A stretch of DNA of 56,259 bases from Patescibacteria group bacterium (GCA_041674765.1 JBAYVE010000006.1:1-56259), one strand, 5' to 3'. Numbered from the stretch's first letter, positions 7,626-16,606 are shown. Notes: a model not told the origin generated them from the letters alone. Numbers and translations are program-made.

Positions 7626-8430
7626 AACTATTAAACCAGAGTTCTGGACTTCCGAGCAAGTCGTAGAATGTTCGCCGATAGCTCGACTAATGTTCATTGG
7701 TATGTGGAACTTCTGTGACGATGGAGGAAATCATCCAGCAAGTTACAAAACATTAAAAATGGAAGTTTTCCCAGGCGATGAAATCTCATTGTCTCAAATT
7801 GAGCAATATACGAATGAGCTTTTAAAGAACAATTTGATTGTTGGTTATAACGGCGGTAATGGGCGCGAATACTGGCATGTAACTGGATGGGATCATCAGA
7901 AAATTGATAGGCCAAACCCAAAACACCCTGAATACGAATTTCAGAAAATCGTCGATCATTCGTCGAATCGTGATCGAAATGTCGGAGATCAATCACCCCC
8001 GGAAGGGAAGGTAATGGAAGGGAAGGGAAGGGAAGGGAAGGTAAAGGAAGAAATAAAAGAAAAAAATAATAAAAAAGAAAATTCAAAAAATCTTCGGGAT
8101 GAACTTTCTGATGTAACAGATCAAACATATTTGGATTTTATGCAACTTAGAAAAGCCAAGAAAGCGCCACTGACAGCACGAGCGATAGAAGGATTAAGAG
8201 CTGAGGCTACAAAAGCAGGTATTTCTTTAGAAACAGCTTTAATTGAATGCTGTCAGCGCGGATGGATAGGATTTAAGGCTGATTGGTATTGCAATCAACA
8301 AGCGTTGCCTCAGCGCGGATCTCCGGTTATCCCAATCGATAGGAGCGAATACAACAAGCAACAAACGGCGTTGGCGAGAGAAAAATTGTTCGGCACTCAA
8401 CAACAGGAAAGGGACGTGACAAATGGATAA
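7612..8430 (+). CDS. Phage replication initiator (O-like)
   Basis: MARIRTIKPEFW start, GKGREGK linker, RKAKKAPLT...GWIGF C-terminal domain. Confidence 0.85.
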   Translation: MARIRTIKPEFWTSEQVVECSPIARLMFIGMWNFCDDGGNHPASYKTLKMEVFPGDEISLSQIEQYTNELLKNNLIVGYNGGNGREYWHVTGWDHQKIDRPNPKHPEYEFQKIVDHSSNRDRNVGDQSPPEGKVMEGKGREGKVKEEIKEKNNKKENSKNLRDELSDVTDQTYLDFMQLRKAKKAPLTARAIEGLRAEATKAGISLETALIECCQRGWIGFKADWYCNQQALPQRGSPVIPIDRSEYNKQQTALAREKLFGTQQQERDVTNG

Positions 8431-9082
8431 CAGTAATTTTGATGAATTCAACGAGTTGCTTGATGTCGTTTCCGAACAATACGGGAAGCCGCTTTCTGGT
8501 GGAGCAAAAATGCTTTATTGGCAAGGATTGAAAGACTTTGATTTTAAAGCGATACAACAGGCTTTATTCCGTCACGTTAGAAATCCAGATACAGGCATGT
8601 TCATGCCGAAAATTGCTGACGTGATCAAGATGTTGCAAGGATCTACGCAGGATTCTGCGATGTCGGCATGGGCAAAGGTTGATAAAGCGTTGCGGCACAA
8701 AGGGACCTATGTTGATGTTGTTTTTGATGATCCATTGATTCACCGGGTTTTGCATGACATGGGTGGGTGGATAGCTTTGGGTCAAAAGAATGAAGATGAG
8801 TGGCCATTTGTCGCTCGTGAATTTGAGAACAGATACAGAGGATTCAAGCAGCGTGGTGAGGTTCCTGATTACCCGGCTGTGCTGATTGGAATTGCTAACG
8901 CACACAACATGGCTAAGGGGCACAAATCAGAGCCATATGTGATGGTTGGAAACGCAGAGCAGTGCAGCAAAGTTTTGGGTGGTGGAGTAGACAAACCGTT
9001 GATCAGTTTCAAGCAAGCTGGGAGTGATGTTTCTGGTTTAAAGATTGCCTTCGATTCATCGAAAGAAATCAAAAAAGCTTAA
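8423..9082 (+). CDS. Replication partner, putative helicase loader (DUF6475-like)
   Basis: FMPKIADVI, AWAKVDKA, VVFDDPLIHRVLHDMGGW; follows the initiator. Confidence 0.75.
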   Translation: MDNSNFDEFNELLDVVSEQYGKPLSGGAKMLYWQGLKDFDFKAIQQALFRHVRNPDTGMFMPKIADVIKMLQGSTQDSAMSAWAKVDKALRHKGTYVDVVFDDPLIHRVLHDMGGWIALGQKNEDEWPFVAREFENRYRGFKQRGEVPDYPAVLIGIANAHNMAKGHKSEPYVMVGNAEQCSKVLGGGVDKPLISFKQAGSDVSGLKIAFDSSKEIKKA

Positions 9083-9124
9083 ATTCCCAGCGAGAAATGA
9101 GTAAAAAATAATAGGTGGTGATAA

Positions 9125-9574
9125 ATGAAAATAGACATAAAGATTTTAGACGAAAGGCTGAGAAGCATGATGCCGGATTACGCTACGCCGGGTAGCGCTG
9201 GCATTGATTTGAGGGCTTGTTCGGTACCGGAGTGCGGGATAGAGATCGAGCAACGCGGCCAGGCTTTGATAAAAACAGGAATATCAATGCACATCAAAGA
9301 TCCAGGCTACGCTGGGATGATAATCCCGCGATCCGGTATGGGGAAAAAAGGCATAGTGCTTGGTAATCTAGTTGGCTTAATCGATAGCGACTATCAGGGG
9401 GAGATTATGGTCCTGCTTTGGAATCGAAACAATCACTCTGTCGAAATAGAATCAATGGATAGAATCGCACAGCTTGTAATAGTGCCAATCATGCAAGCTG
9501 AATTTAACCTGGTTGACGATTTTGAAGCAAGCGCAAGAGGAGAAGGTGGTTTTGGCAGTACTGGTAAACAATAA
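9125..9574 (+). CDS. dut: dUTP diphosphatase
   Basis: [43 protein letters not shown]. Confidence 0.97.
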   Translation: MKIDIKILDERLRSMMPDYATPGSAGIDLRACSVPECGIEIEQRGQALIKTGISMHIKDPGYAGMIIPRSGMGKKGIVLGNLVGLIDSDYQGEIMVLLWNRNNHSVEIESMDRIAQLVIVPIMQAEFNLVDDFEASARGEGGFGSTGKQ

Positions 9575-9586
9575 CAGGAGATAAAA

Positions 9587-9772
9587 ATGGGTGAGGCAAA
9601 ACGCAGAGGTAGTTTCGAGGAACGCAAAAAACAGGCAATAGAAGCGGGTCGTATTAAAAAAAGTTATGAGGGTTCTCATGTTTTAGCTATGGGAGAGTAT
9701 TTTGTGCGGAGGCTTGGCAGTTATATGTTGAATGGCTTGAGCGCCAAACAGAAAAGATCGCTTGGTTCTTGA
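9587..9772 (+). CDS. Hypothetical protein
   Basis: AGGAG RBS; MGEAKRRG start common in phage small ORFs. Confidence 0.7.
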   Translation: MGEAKRRGSFEERKKQAIEAGRIKKSYEGSHVLAMGEYFVRRLGSYMLNGLSAKQKRSLGS

Positions 9773-9808
9773 TCTTTATTGGAAATTATATTCACCGGAG
9801 AAGTGTGC

Positions 9809-10105
9809 ATGGACGCAAAAGAAATGGGTGCTGATGGCCTGCTAAAGCTGGCGCAAGAAAAGATCAAGTTCGAGCATGACGATCATAAATACGAGCTGCA
9901 CGAGAGGGATGTGTTGATTAGAAATTTGCAAGAGCAAATCAGGATTCTGCGTGTTGAAAACGAACAATTCAGTGATAGATATGAATTTTTAGAATGCGAG
10001 TCAAAGAGATTATCTGTGGTATCTGATGTGAGTATTATTTTTATGATGATTTCGTTTGGAATATCGCTTAGCTGTCTTGGAATGTATGTTTTTTATTGGC
10101 CGTGA
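9809..10105 (+). CDS. Coiled-coil protein with C-terminal TM segment
   Basis: GGAG RBS before ATG 9809; hydrophobic C-terminus. Confidence 0.6.
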   Translation: MDAKEMGADGLLKLAQEKIKFEHDDHKYELHERDVLIRNLQEQIRILRVENEQFSDRYEFLECESKRLSVVSDVSIIFMMISFGISLSCLGMYVFYWP

Positions 10106-10314
10106 CATGCAAGTGTGCGCAATGCTGCAAAGATCCAGATCCAACGTACACGGAAGAGTTTAGGCACAAAACGGAAGTTGAATTTGTTAGTGGTCAATCT
10201 GGCATCTGGATCAAAAATTATCTGGAAAAGATAAAAGAAAAGCGCGGTTTTGATAGCTACAAAAAGCTGCGCGATGATGTTGCAAAAGAGTGGAAAAAGT
10301 CGAGAAATAATTAG
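10102..10314 (+). CDS. Hypothetical protein
   Basis: GTG start overlapping the upstream TGA. Confidence 0.6.
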   Translation: MTCKCAQCCKDPDPTYTEEFRHKTEVEFVSGQSGIWIKNYLEKIKEKRGFDSYKKLRDDVAKEWKKSRNN

Positions 10315-10365
10315 CGTAATTTGATGGTTATTACGTTTTAAAACAAATGGTTATGTTATAATTAT

Positions 10366-10776
10366 ATGAATAAACAATACTTCGTTTTATCGCATGATAC
10401 GGCACGAAATAACGCTGTTATAGCGTGTAGAAATGCCCCACATGGGTATGTGGTGGAGATAAAAGAGCCGAACAGGACATTAATGCAGAACTCCGCTCAA
10501 TGGCCAATTCTCGGAGAGTTTGCGCAGCAATTAAAGTGGCCGGTAAATGGCGAGATGGTCAATTTAATTGATGAGGAATTCAAGGATATTTTCACGGCAG
10601 CATTTAGAAAAGAAACTTTGCGGCTCGCGGCTGGTGTGGATGGTGGTGTCGTCATGCTAGGTAAAAGGACGAGTAAGTTTGGAAAGAAAGAATTTGGCGA
10701 ATGGCTTGAGTATCTGCACTATTTGGCAGCGAGATATGATGTCAATATCAATCATGAAGCCCGGAGAGCGTATTAA
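10366..10776 (+). CDS. ninB: NinB/Orf-family recombination protein
   Basis: VEIKEPNRTLMQNSAQW, GKRTSKFGKKEFGEWLEYL. Confidence 0.85.
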   Translation: MNKQYFVLSHDTARNNAVIACRNAPHGYVVEIKEPNRTLMQNSAQWPILGEFAQQLKWPVNGEMVNLIDEEFKDIFTAAFRKETLRLAAGVDGGVVMLGKRTSKFGKKEFGEWLEYLHYLAARYDVNINHEARRAY

Positions 10777-10780
10777 ATTG

Positions 10781-11017
10781 ATGGAGATTAATTTAACACT
10801 AGAGAGTATTTTTGGCGCTTTTATGCTCAGCGCTTTTGTGTCATTTTTCCTGACCGGTCAATTGTTGATAAGAGCCATAATCTTTGTGTTCATATGGCAG
10901 ATATTCACTCCGCTCTGCGATGTTTGGTACCTGGATATTTTTATGTGCGCAATGCTGTTCGTGGCCATTGAGTTTGTTTACTTTGAAACTGTCCGCGCAT
11001 GTCGATCACTGCCATAA
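10781..11017 (+). CDS. Small multi-TM membrane protein
   Basis: Hydrophobic 78-aa ORF from ATG 10781. Confidence 0.5.
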   Translation: MEINLTLESIFGAFMLSAFVSFFLTGQLLIRAIIFVFIWQIFTPLCDVWYLDIFMCAMLFVAIEFVYFETVRACRSLP

Positions 11018-11126
11018 AACCAAATCGATTCGTGGAATTCTATGCAACCGATGTAACACCGTTCTTGGCTTGTGCGAAGACGACGATAAGTTGCTTTCGG
11101 CTTTGGTGAGGTATTTGAGGAAATGA
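10998..11126 (+). pseudogene. C-terminal remnant of an endonuclease VII-family nuclease
   Basis: HVDHCHKTKSIRGILCNRCNTVLGLCEDD...YL; N-terminal half with the first CxxC-containing motif absent. Confidence 0.7.
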
Positions 11127-11887
11127 CATGGCTATTCAGCAAAGCAATGATGGAGGATTGCGGGAACTCGCGCTCTTTGCCGGAGCTGGTGGAGGAATAC
11201 TCGGAGGCAAATTGCTCGGATGGAAAACCGTGTGCGCAGTTGAGTGTAATGCCTACGCAGCACAAGTTCTCGCGCAACGGCAGAATGATAGAACCATTGA
11301 ATCTTTCCCGATTTGGTCTGACGTGTGTAGTTTTGACGGAAAGCCGTGGAAAGGAATTGTTGACATCGTTTCTGGAGGCTTCCCGTGCCAAGACATCAGC
11401 TCAGCCGGGAAAGGCGCAGGTATCGACGGGGAGAAATCAGGACTATGGAAACACATGGCGCGCATCATCGATGAAGTTCAGCCTAGATTCGTGTTCGTGG
11501 AGAATTCACCACTCCTTGTTTCCAGAGGACTTGTCAGAATCCTTGGTGACCTTGCCATCATGGGGTTTGATGCGAGATGGGGAATTATTGGAGCGATCGA
11601 CGCCGGATTCCATCACAACAGGAAACGTTTATGGATTGCTGCCAACACCGACAGCAACAGATCACAAAGGATCAGCGCCGAATCAAGTGATAAGGCGAGA
11701 AAATCACAAGCAAAAGAGTCTGACATTGCGCGAGTGGTTAGCAAAATACAGCAAGGCGGAGAAAACTGTATACCCGAATCCTGGATTCTTAGAAGCAGCA
11801 ATGGGATGGCCTCAAGGATGGACAGAACTGTCGCCATTGGAAATGGACAGGTTCCAGCGGTGGCAGCAAGAGCATGGAATATGTTGA
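11123..11887 (+). CDS. Overlapping-frame MTase partner carrying motif IX (true start may be internal)
   Basis: 254 open codons over the MTase gene; LLPTPTATDHKG and NPGFLEAAMGWPQGWT. Confidence 0.7.
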   Translation: MTWLFSKAMMEDCGNSRSLPELVEEYSEANCSDGKPCAQLSVMPTQHKFSRNGRMIEPLNLSRFGLTCVVLTESRGKELLTSFLEASRAKTSAQPGKAQVSTGRNQDYGNTWRASSMKFSLDSCSWRIHHSLFPEDLSESLVTLPSWGLMRDGELLERSTPDSITTGNVYGLLPTPTATDHKGSAPNQVIRRENHKQKSLTLREWLAKYSKAEKTVYPNPGFLEAAMGWPQGWTELSPLEMDRFQRWQQEHGIC

Positions 11888-11904
11888 TGGGGACGGATAA
11901 ATAA
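11128..11904 (+). CDS. C5-cytosine DNA methyltransferase, main polypeptide (motifs I-VIII and X)
   Basis: LFAGAGG, GGFPCQ, VENSP, HNRKRLWI, GNGQVPAVA; no motif IX. Confidence 0.92.
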   Translation: MAIQQSNDGGLRELALFAGAGGGILGGKLLGWKTVCAVECNAYAAQVLAQRQNDRTIESFPIWSDVCSFDGKPWKGIVDIVSGGFPCQDISSAGKGAGIDGEKSGLWKHMARIIDEVQPRFVFVENSPLLVSRGLVRILGDLAIMGFDARWGIIGAIDAGFHHNRKRLWIAANTDSNRSQRISAESSDKARKSQAKESDIARVVSKIQQGGENCIPESWILRSSNGMASRMDRTVAIGNGQVPAVAARAWNMLMGTDK

Positions 11905-12038
11905 ATGAGCAAAATAACCCAAGCGCACGCGGTAAAGAATGCCAAGTTCGCATAATTGGCGTGTGCAATGGAAATAATGAAACTGTTGTATGGGCGCATG
12001 CGAACGGCCTAGCCTCTGGTAGAGGCGTTTGGCTCTGA
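11905..12038 (+). pseudogene. Frameshifted, truncated DUF1364/YbcO-like nuclease
   Basis: Restoring 1 nt after codon 6 gives MSKITQxARGKECQVRIIGVCNGNNETVVWAHANGLASGRG, then TGA. Confidence 0.7.
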
Positions 12039-12058
12039 CAAAAACGTGAATTGGACTT

Positions 12059-12346
12059 ATGAATAAAAAAGAACAACAATTCCATGACAAGCTCCGACAA
12101 ATCGGATGTGTGATATGTCGAGAATTTGAAGATGTCAGAACAGATCCGGAAATACATCACATTTCTCAAGGATCTGGAGAGAGAAGTCATTATATGTGCG
12201 CACCGCTGTGCGTATCTCATCATCGAATCGGAGTAACTTCGCTGCATGGCGCTGGCGTTAAGCGATTCTTGAGTATGCATGGATTGCCAACGGAATTTCA
12301 TTTGTTGGAATTGGTTAATAAATTCAGAGCGGAAGACGGAGTGTAG
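12059..12346 (+). CDS. Ref-like / His-Me finger Zn nuclease
   Basis: GCVICR, EIHHI, APLCVSHHRIG. Confidence 0.75.
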   Translation: MNKKEQQFHDKLRQIGCVICREFEDVRTDPEIHHISQGSGERSHYMCAPLCVSHHRIGVTSLHGAGVKRFLSMHGLPTEFHLLELVNKFRAEDGV

Positions 12347-12535
12347 ATGAAAAACCCAAGCACGCAAGAACTTGATAGAGGTTACTCAGAGTGCCAAGAC
12401 TGCCGCAATGGAATACATCTGCATCAGAGCGGATTTGAGTGTGATACACACATGTGTGCGCAATGCGGATGTCATGTTGTCAATAAAGAAGAGTTTTTTA
12501 AATTCCAGTCAGGAATAGAGGTGCTGTCAAAATGA
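12347..12535 (+). CDS. Small Cys-rich protein
   Basis: CQDC and CAQC pairs; coupled to both neighbours. Confidence 0.6.
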   Translation: MKNPSTQELDRGYSECQDCRNGIHLHQSGFECDTHMCAQCGCHVVNKEEFFKFQSGIEVLSK

Positions 12536-14232
12536 GAACATCAGCAGCGCGCGCACTGGCAGAGCTGGAGGCTACCGGACAAGATCACGAGTGGTATCCC
12601 ACTACTAACGAAATAATCGATGCATTCCATGCTCATGCCAGTTCATTTGAAATGAGCAGCATTCTGGATATTGGCGCCGGGGACGGGAAAGTCCTCAAAC
12701 GTTTCCAAGAGAAGAACAGCAAAATACCGGACTGTTACCGGACAGAGTATTTCGCAATCGAGAAAGCGCGGCCATTGCTGGACAGTTTACCGGTTGATGT
12801 CGGTATCCTCGGCACGGATTTTTGGGAACAATCGCTGCTTGATAAATCGGTTGATTGCATATTTTCGAATCCTCCGTATTCAGAGTTCGTTGATTGGTGC
12901 GTGAAAGTCATTCGAGAAGCAAATTCGAATTACATCTATCTGGTTATCCCGCAGCGATGGAAAGAGCAGAAGAAGATTATCGACGCTCTCGAGATCAGGA
13001 AAGCCGGTTATAAAGTCCTGGGTGAGTACGATTTTCTGAGTTCTGAGGATCGGCAAGCACGCGCAAAGGTAGACTTGGTGTTTATCTGGCTTTGCCATTC
13101 AGAATATAGTTCAAATAGCCACAAATACCATAAAGGGGTCAATGCAAATGTTGATCCATTTGCCCTTTGGGTGAATGAGTTCTTTGAGCTGAGTGATAAA
13201 AAGGATAAGCACGGATTATCTGAGTACGCTCAAGCGCAGGAAGATGCTAAGGCGAGGCAAGCAAATATCAGCAATTCTTTGGTGCCCGGCAGGAGCATGA
13301 TTGAAGTGCTTGATCAACTCTACCGGGAAGAGTTGGATGAGTTAATTAGCAACTATAAGCGCGTTTGCTCGCTGGATGATGCTCTCTTTAAAGAGCTTGA
13401 TATATCGGTCAAATCGGTCGTGTCTTCGATTAAAACCCGGATACATGGCCTGAAAAATGCTTACTGGCAGGAGTTATTCAATAACTATGAGCCGTTGACT
13501 GAACGCCTGACCTCAGCCAGCCGAAGCACATTTATCGAAAGTATCCGCAGGAAAACAAACATAGACTTCACGGCATCCAATGCCTACGCAATTACCGTAT
13601 GGGCGATTAAAAACGCCGATCAATATCTTGATAAGCAGATGATTGAGACATTCGGCAAGATGGTTGATGCTGCCTGTGTGGTCAACTACAAGTCAAATGA
13701 GCGAGTATTTAAGAAAAACTCATTTCGATATTACGCTGACGAAGATAAGCATAGTCACTTCAAACTTGATTACCGGATAGTCGTGGAACGAATGGGTGGT
13801 TTGGTACAAATCGGATCATATAACAGCTATAGCGCTATCGGTGGATTGTGCGAAAACGCAGCAAACTTTATTGACGATTTAATTGTTATCGCAAGAAATC
13901 TTGGTTTTGAATGCGATGATTCAATGAAATCACATGCATTCAAAAGCGGAGGAAAGGAAGAATTTTATTGCACAGACAAGCGCGGAAATGAAAGATTGCT
14001 GATGACTGTAAGGGCGTACATGAACGGCAACCTGCACATTAAATTCGACCAATCATTCATGCTGGCTTTTAACGTCGAAATAGGCCGGCTGCAAGGATGG
14101 ATTCATAACGCGCAGCAAGCAGCCGAGGAAATGGGCGAAAAGGTCGATAGCGTGCAAGAGCATTTCAATTCAGCATATTCATTGGGATCAGATAACAAAG
14201 TTGTTCGTTTATTGATAGGAGTTAATGAATGA
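12532..14232 (+). CDS. Amino (N6-adenine type) DNA methyltransferase with DUF4942-like C-terminal domain
   Basis: WYPT, ILDIGAGDG (motif I), FSNPPY (motif IV), C-terminal YMNGNLHIKF. Confidence 0.85.
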   Translation: MRTSAARALAELEATGQDHEWYPTTNEIIDAFHAHASSFEMSSILDIGAGDGKVLKRFQEKNSKIPDCYRTEYFAIEKARPLLDSLPVDVGILGTDFWEQSLLDKSVDCIFSNPPYSEFVDWCVKVIREANSNYIYLVIPQRWKEQKKIIDALEIRKAGYKVLGEYDFLSSEDRQARAKVDLVFIWLCHSEYSSNSHKYHKGVNANVDPFALWVNEFFELSDKKDKHGLSEYAQAQEDAKARQANISNSLVPGRSMIEVLDQLYREELDELISNYKRVCSLDDALFKELDISVKSVVSSIKTRIHGLKNAYWQELFNNYEPLTERLTSASRSTFIESIRRKTNIDFTASNAYAITVWAIKNADQYLDKQMIETFGKMVDAACVVNYKSNERVFKKNSFRYYADEDKHSHFKLDYRIVVERMGGLVQIGSYNSYSAIGGLCENAANFIDDLIVIARNLGFECDDSMKSHAFKSGGKEEFYCTDKRGNERLLMTVRAYMNGNLHIKFDQSFMLAFNVEIGRLQGWIHNAQQAAEEMGEKVDSVQEHFNSAYSLGSDNKVVRLLIGVNE

Positions 14233-14531
14233 GTGAAAAAGAAATTGCAAGTGAGTCAGGAAACATAGCTGATAAAGCCAAGAAAATTATTTTTGGAGAT
14301 CGTGAGAAAACTTACGGAGATCCAGGTAAGAATCTGCGCGTTATTGCTGGCATGTGGTCGGCCTATTTAGGCATTGAAATAACGCCACATCATGTGTGTG
14401 ACATGATGGTACAGCTTAAGCTGGCGAGGCTAAAGAATAACCCTGATCACGAAGATAGTAAGGTTGATGTTATTGGATACGCTTTGCTTAAAGAGAGGTT
14501 GTCAGAGCCAGTTAAAAATGACGAGTATTGA
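14229..14531 (+). CDS. DUF6378-like phage protein
   Basis: GDREKTYGDP..N...IAGMWSAYL, LKLARL, DSKVDVIGYA. Confidence 0.8.
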   Translation: MSEKEIASESGNIADKAKKIIFGDREKTYGDPGKNLRVIAGMWSAYLGIEITPHHVCDMMVQLKLARLKNNPDHEDSKVDVIGYALLKERLSEPVKNDEY

Positions 14532-14728
14532 TAGTAAAGCGGTTGATGCCTATGCGTGAGTGCAAGCAGGATTGTACTGTTTTGGTTGATACTGACTTTT
14601 CAGAAGATTTGATCGAGGCGGCAGTTGACACAGAGAATCAAGTGATTATTACGAGTAGTGGGCATGAGGTTAAATTTTCAGACTGCGCTGGATGGATTCC
14701 TTTGCCGAGACACGAACCTGGAGACTGA
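14528..14728 (+). CDS. Hypothetical protein
   Basis: TTG start coupled to upstream stop; GWIPLP C-terminus. Confidence 0.55.
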   Translation: MIVKRLMPMRECKQDCTVLVDTDFSEDLIEAAVDTENQVIITSSGHEVKFSDCAGWIPLPRHEPGD

Positions 14729-14729
14729 G

Positions 14730-14861
14730 ATGAGATACATAATTCTTTTTTTAATGTTTGTTGTATGGTCCGTGGCTCTTTACGCTGCAGATTCTTTTTA
14801 TCATAATATGCTAATCAGCATAGGTTTTGTGTACGGAGTTATGCTCATGCAAAAGCTGTAA
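14730..14861 (+). CDS. Small membrane protein, 43 aa
   Basis: Hydrophobic ORF directly after the previous stop. Confidence 0.5.
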   Translation: MRYIILFLMFVVWSVALYAADSFYHNMLISIGFVYGVMLMQKL

Positions 14862-14895
14862 ATAATTAATATGGGTGAGATAGAGGAATAAGCAA

Positions 14896-15069
14896 ATGCT
14901 TGAATTTGTGGAACACGATGATGGTGTGATTGCCATAGTGAGTGAAACCGGAGAGAAAATGGGGAACTTTATAAAAGTTCGTGGGATATACAGTTTATCG
15001 CTGAATAATCTTGTAAATAGCCATGGTTACCTTCGACAGATGGCTGACAAGCTGCAAGAGTTGAATTGA
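14896..15069 (+). CDS. Hypothetical protein, 57 aa
   Basis: Manual translation MLEFVEHDDGVIAIV...; GAGG RBS. Confidence 0.5.
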   Translation: MLEFVEHDDGVIAIVSETGEKMGNFIKVRGIYSLSLNNLVNSHGYLRQMADKLQELN

Positions 15070-15071
15070 CC

Positions 15072-15212
15072 ATGAAAATTCTTACGATACTTATATTATT
15101 AATGTTGAATGGATATATCTGGTATGCAACATTGTCTTGCCAATCAAAAGATGGCGTTACAGTTGTTGGTATAGGTCAATTCCACTGCGTGGATAAAAGT
15201 GTTATTAAATGA
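15072..15212 (+). CDS. Small membrane/secreted protein, 46 aa
   Basis: Manual translation MKILTILILLMLNGYIWYATLSC...GQFHC. Confidence 0.45.
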   Translation: MKILTILILLMLNGYIWYATLSCQSKDGVTVVGIGQFHCVDKSVIK

Positions 15213-15241
15213 TAAATGATTGCATAGGATTGCAGTAAGCA

Positions 15242-15598
15242 ATGAATAAAATGTACGCCCTTGGACGGCTAAAAACCGGAGAAATGAACAAAACAGAGCA
15301 AGCGTATAGAAACACGCTTGAGTTGATGAGAATAGCCGGCGAAATACTCTGGTATCGATTCGAGGGTATCAAGCTAAAACTGGCTGAAAACACAACATAC
15401 ACGCCTGATTTCTTTGTCATGCGATCGAGCGGAGAAATCGAGGCTCACGAAGTAAAAGGTTTCGCAATGGATGACTCTATGGTTAAGGTAAAGGTGGCAG
15501 CAGAAACATTCCCATTCAGATTTTATATCGTTAGAACTCGACTAAAACGCGATGGCGGGGGGTGGGATATTAAGGAGGTTGGGAATGGAAGATCATAA
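15242..15598 (+). CDS. PD-(D/E)xK nuclease, putative junction resolvase (DUF1064-like)
   Basis: NKTEQAY, YTPDFFV, HEVKG. Confidence 0.8.
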   Translation: MNKMYALGRLKTGEMNKTEQAYRNTLELMRIAGEILWYRFEGIKLKLAENTTYTPDFFVMRSSGEIEAHEVKGFAMDDSMVKVKVAAETFPFRFYIVRTRLKRDGGGWDIKEVGNGRS

Positions 15599-15830
15599 AA
15601 TGACAGACAAACGCAAGCCTGGTAACTTGCTTAAGTGGATCAGTTGCGGCGAGCAAATGCCTCTGATGACATTAAAAATTATTTTGAAAATAGATGGCAG
15701 CATTATGAATGTCGGGACAGGTGAAGAGCTGCATCTTTACGCTTCTGTTGCTCAAAATTGGGACGTCAGAAAATCTTGTATTGAGTGGGTGCCGTACACG
15801 GAAGAAACATGGAATGAGTTAAATAAATGA
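15585..15830 (+). CDS. Hypothetical protein
   Basis: AAGGAGG RBS before ATG 15585. Confidence 0.6.
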   Translation: MEDHKMTDKRKPGNLLKWISCGEQMPLMTLKIILKIDGSIMNVGTGEELHLYASVAQNWDVRKSCIEWVPYTEETWNELNK

Positions 15831-16024
15831 GCAGAGCGTTGCCATCGTGGATGTACAGAAACCCTGAAGAAGTGCTTGAGCGCAAGCAAGAATCGGAGGC
15901 AAGAAGGTCCTGTGTCGGTTGTATCCACGGCTTTACCATCCAGTTCAAAAATGGTCCGGAGATGGGTTGTGATAAGAATAAAAAATACGGAAGACGATGC
16001 GAACTTTACAAGTCGCTGAAGTGA
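15827..16024 (+). CDS. Small Cys-rich protein
   Basis: YRNPEEV, CVGC, GC..RC; ATGA coupling. Confidence 0.65.
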   Translation: MSRALPSWMYRNPEEVLERKQESEARRSCVGCIHGFTIQFKNGPEMGCDKNKKYGRRCELYKSLK

Positions 16025-16060
16025 ATGGTGCAAAAAGTTTTTTCTAAAAACGGAGGTTAT

Positions 16061-16582
16061 ATGTTTCGCAACGCAGAAACGGCTATAAGGTGGGCAGTGG
16101 ATATAAAAAGCAAAGTAATTATTGATGGGTCATCAATTAATGATATGTGCGGCAAGCCAAGACCGTCTTCCAGAAATGACTTGCTGCGCGGATTATCACC
16201 GCAAGAAGCGCATTTGCAAGCAGAGCTGATTCTCAGGCACATTGAGAGCATTGGGGATGATGCATGCAAGGATTACCTGCTTGCTAAGTTCTGCTACTCA
16301 GAAAGATTCGATTCTTTAATGCAAAGAATATTCTCGCGCATGCTGTACTCGAGTGGTGTACACAATAGGGATGTAAGAAAAGTAGTGTTAAGGTACTTGG
16401 GGGCAAAGATCAGTAAGCGAGAAATAAGAGAGTCGCTGCAATGTGATCGTAACAAAGTAAATTATTTGATTGATAAGATCTATGGAATTATTGATTCTGT
16501 ACATTATCAATCTCTCAATGATATAGAGAATAAATTCGCTAATTCAGGGCTGATTGAACGTAGGGGCGAGGCCGTTGCTTAG
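16061..16582 (+). CDS. Putative late regulator (Q-like antiterminator/activator)
   Basis: Last early gene before the late promoter; GGAGG RBS; C-terminal HTH-like segment. Function inferred from position. Confidence 0.55.
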   Translation: MFRNAETAIRWAVDIKSKVIIDGSSINDMCGKPRPSSRNDLLRGLSPQEAHLQAELILRHIESIGDDACKDYLLAKFCYSERFDSLMQRIFSRMLYSSGVHNRDVRKVVLRYLGAKISKREIRESLQCDRNKVNYLIDKIYGIIDSVHYQSLNDIENKFANSGLIERRGEAVA

Positions 16583-16606
16583 AAATAATAAAGTGAAATA
16601 AACCTC

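Noticed and set aside
7694-8128. Antisense ORF with LPFPS repeats
   Set aside because: Shadow of the GGAAG repeat in the initiator gene
10341-10353. Fifth operator (AAAC-AAATG-GTTA) upstream of ninB
   Set aside because: One mismatch, unpaired, in AT-rich DNA; could be chance
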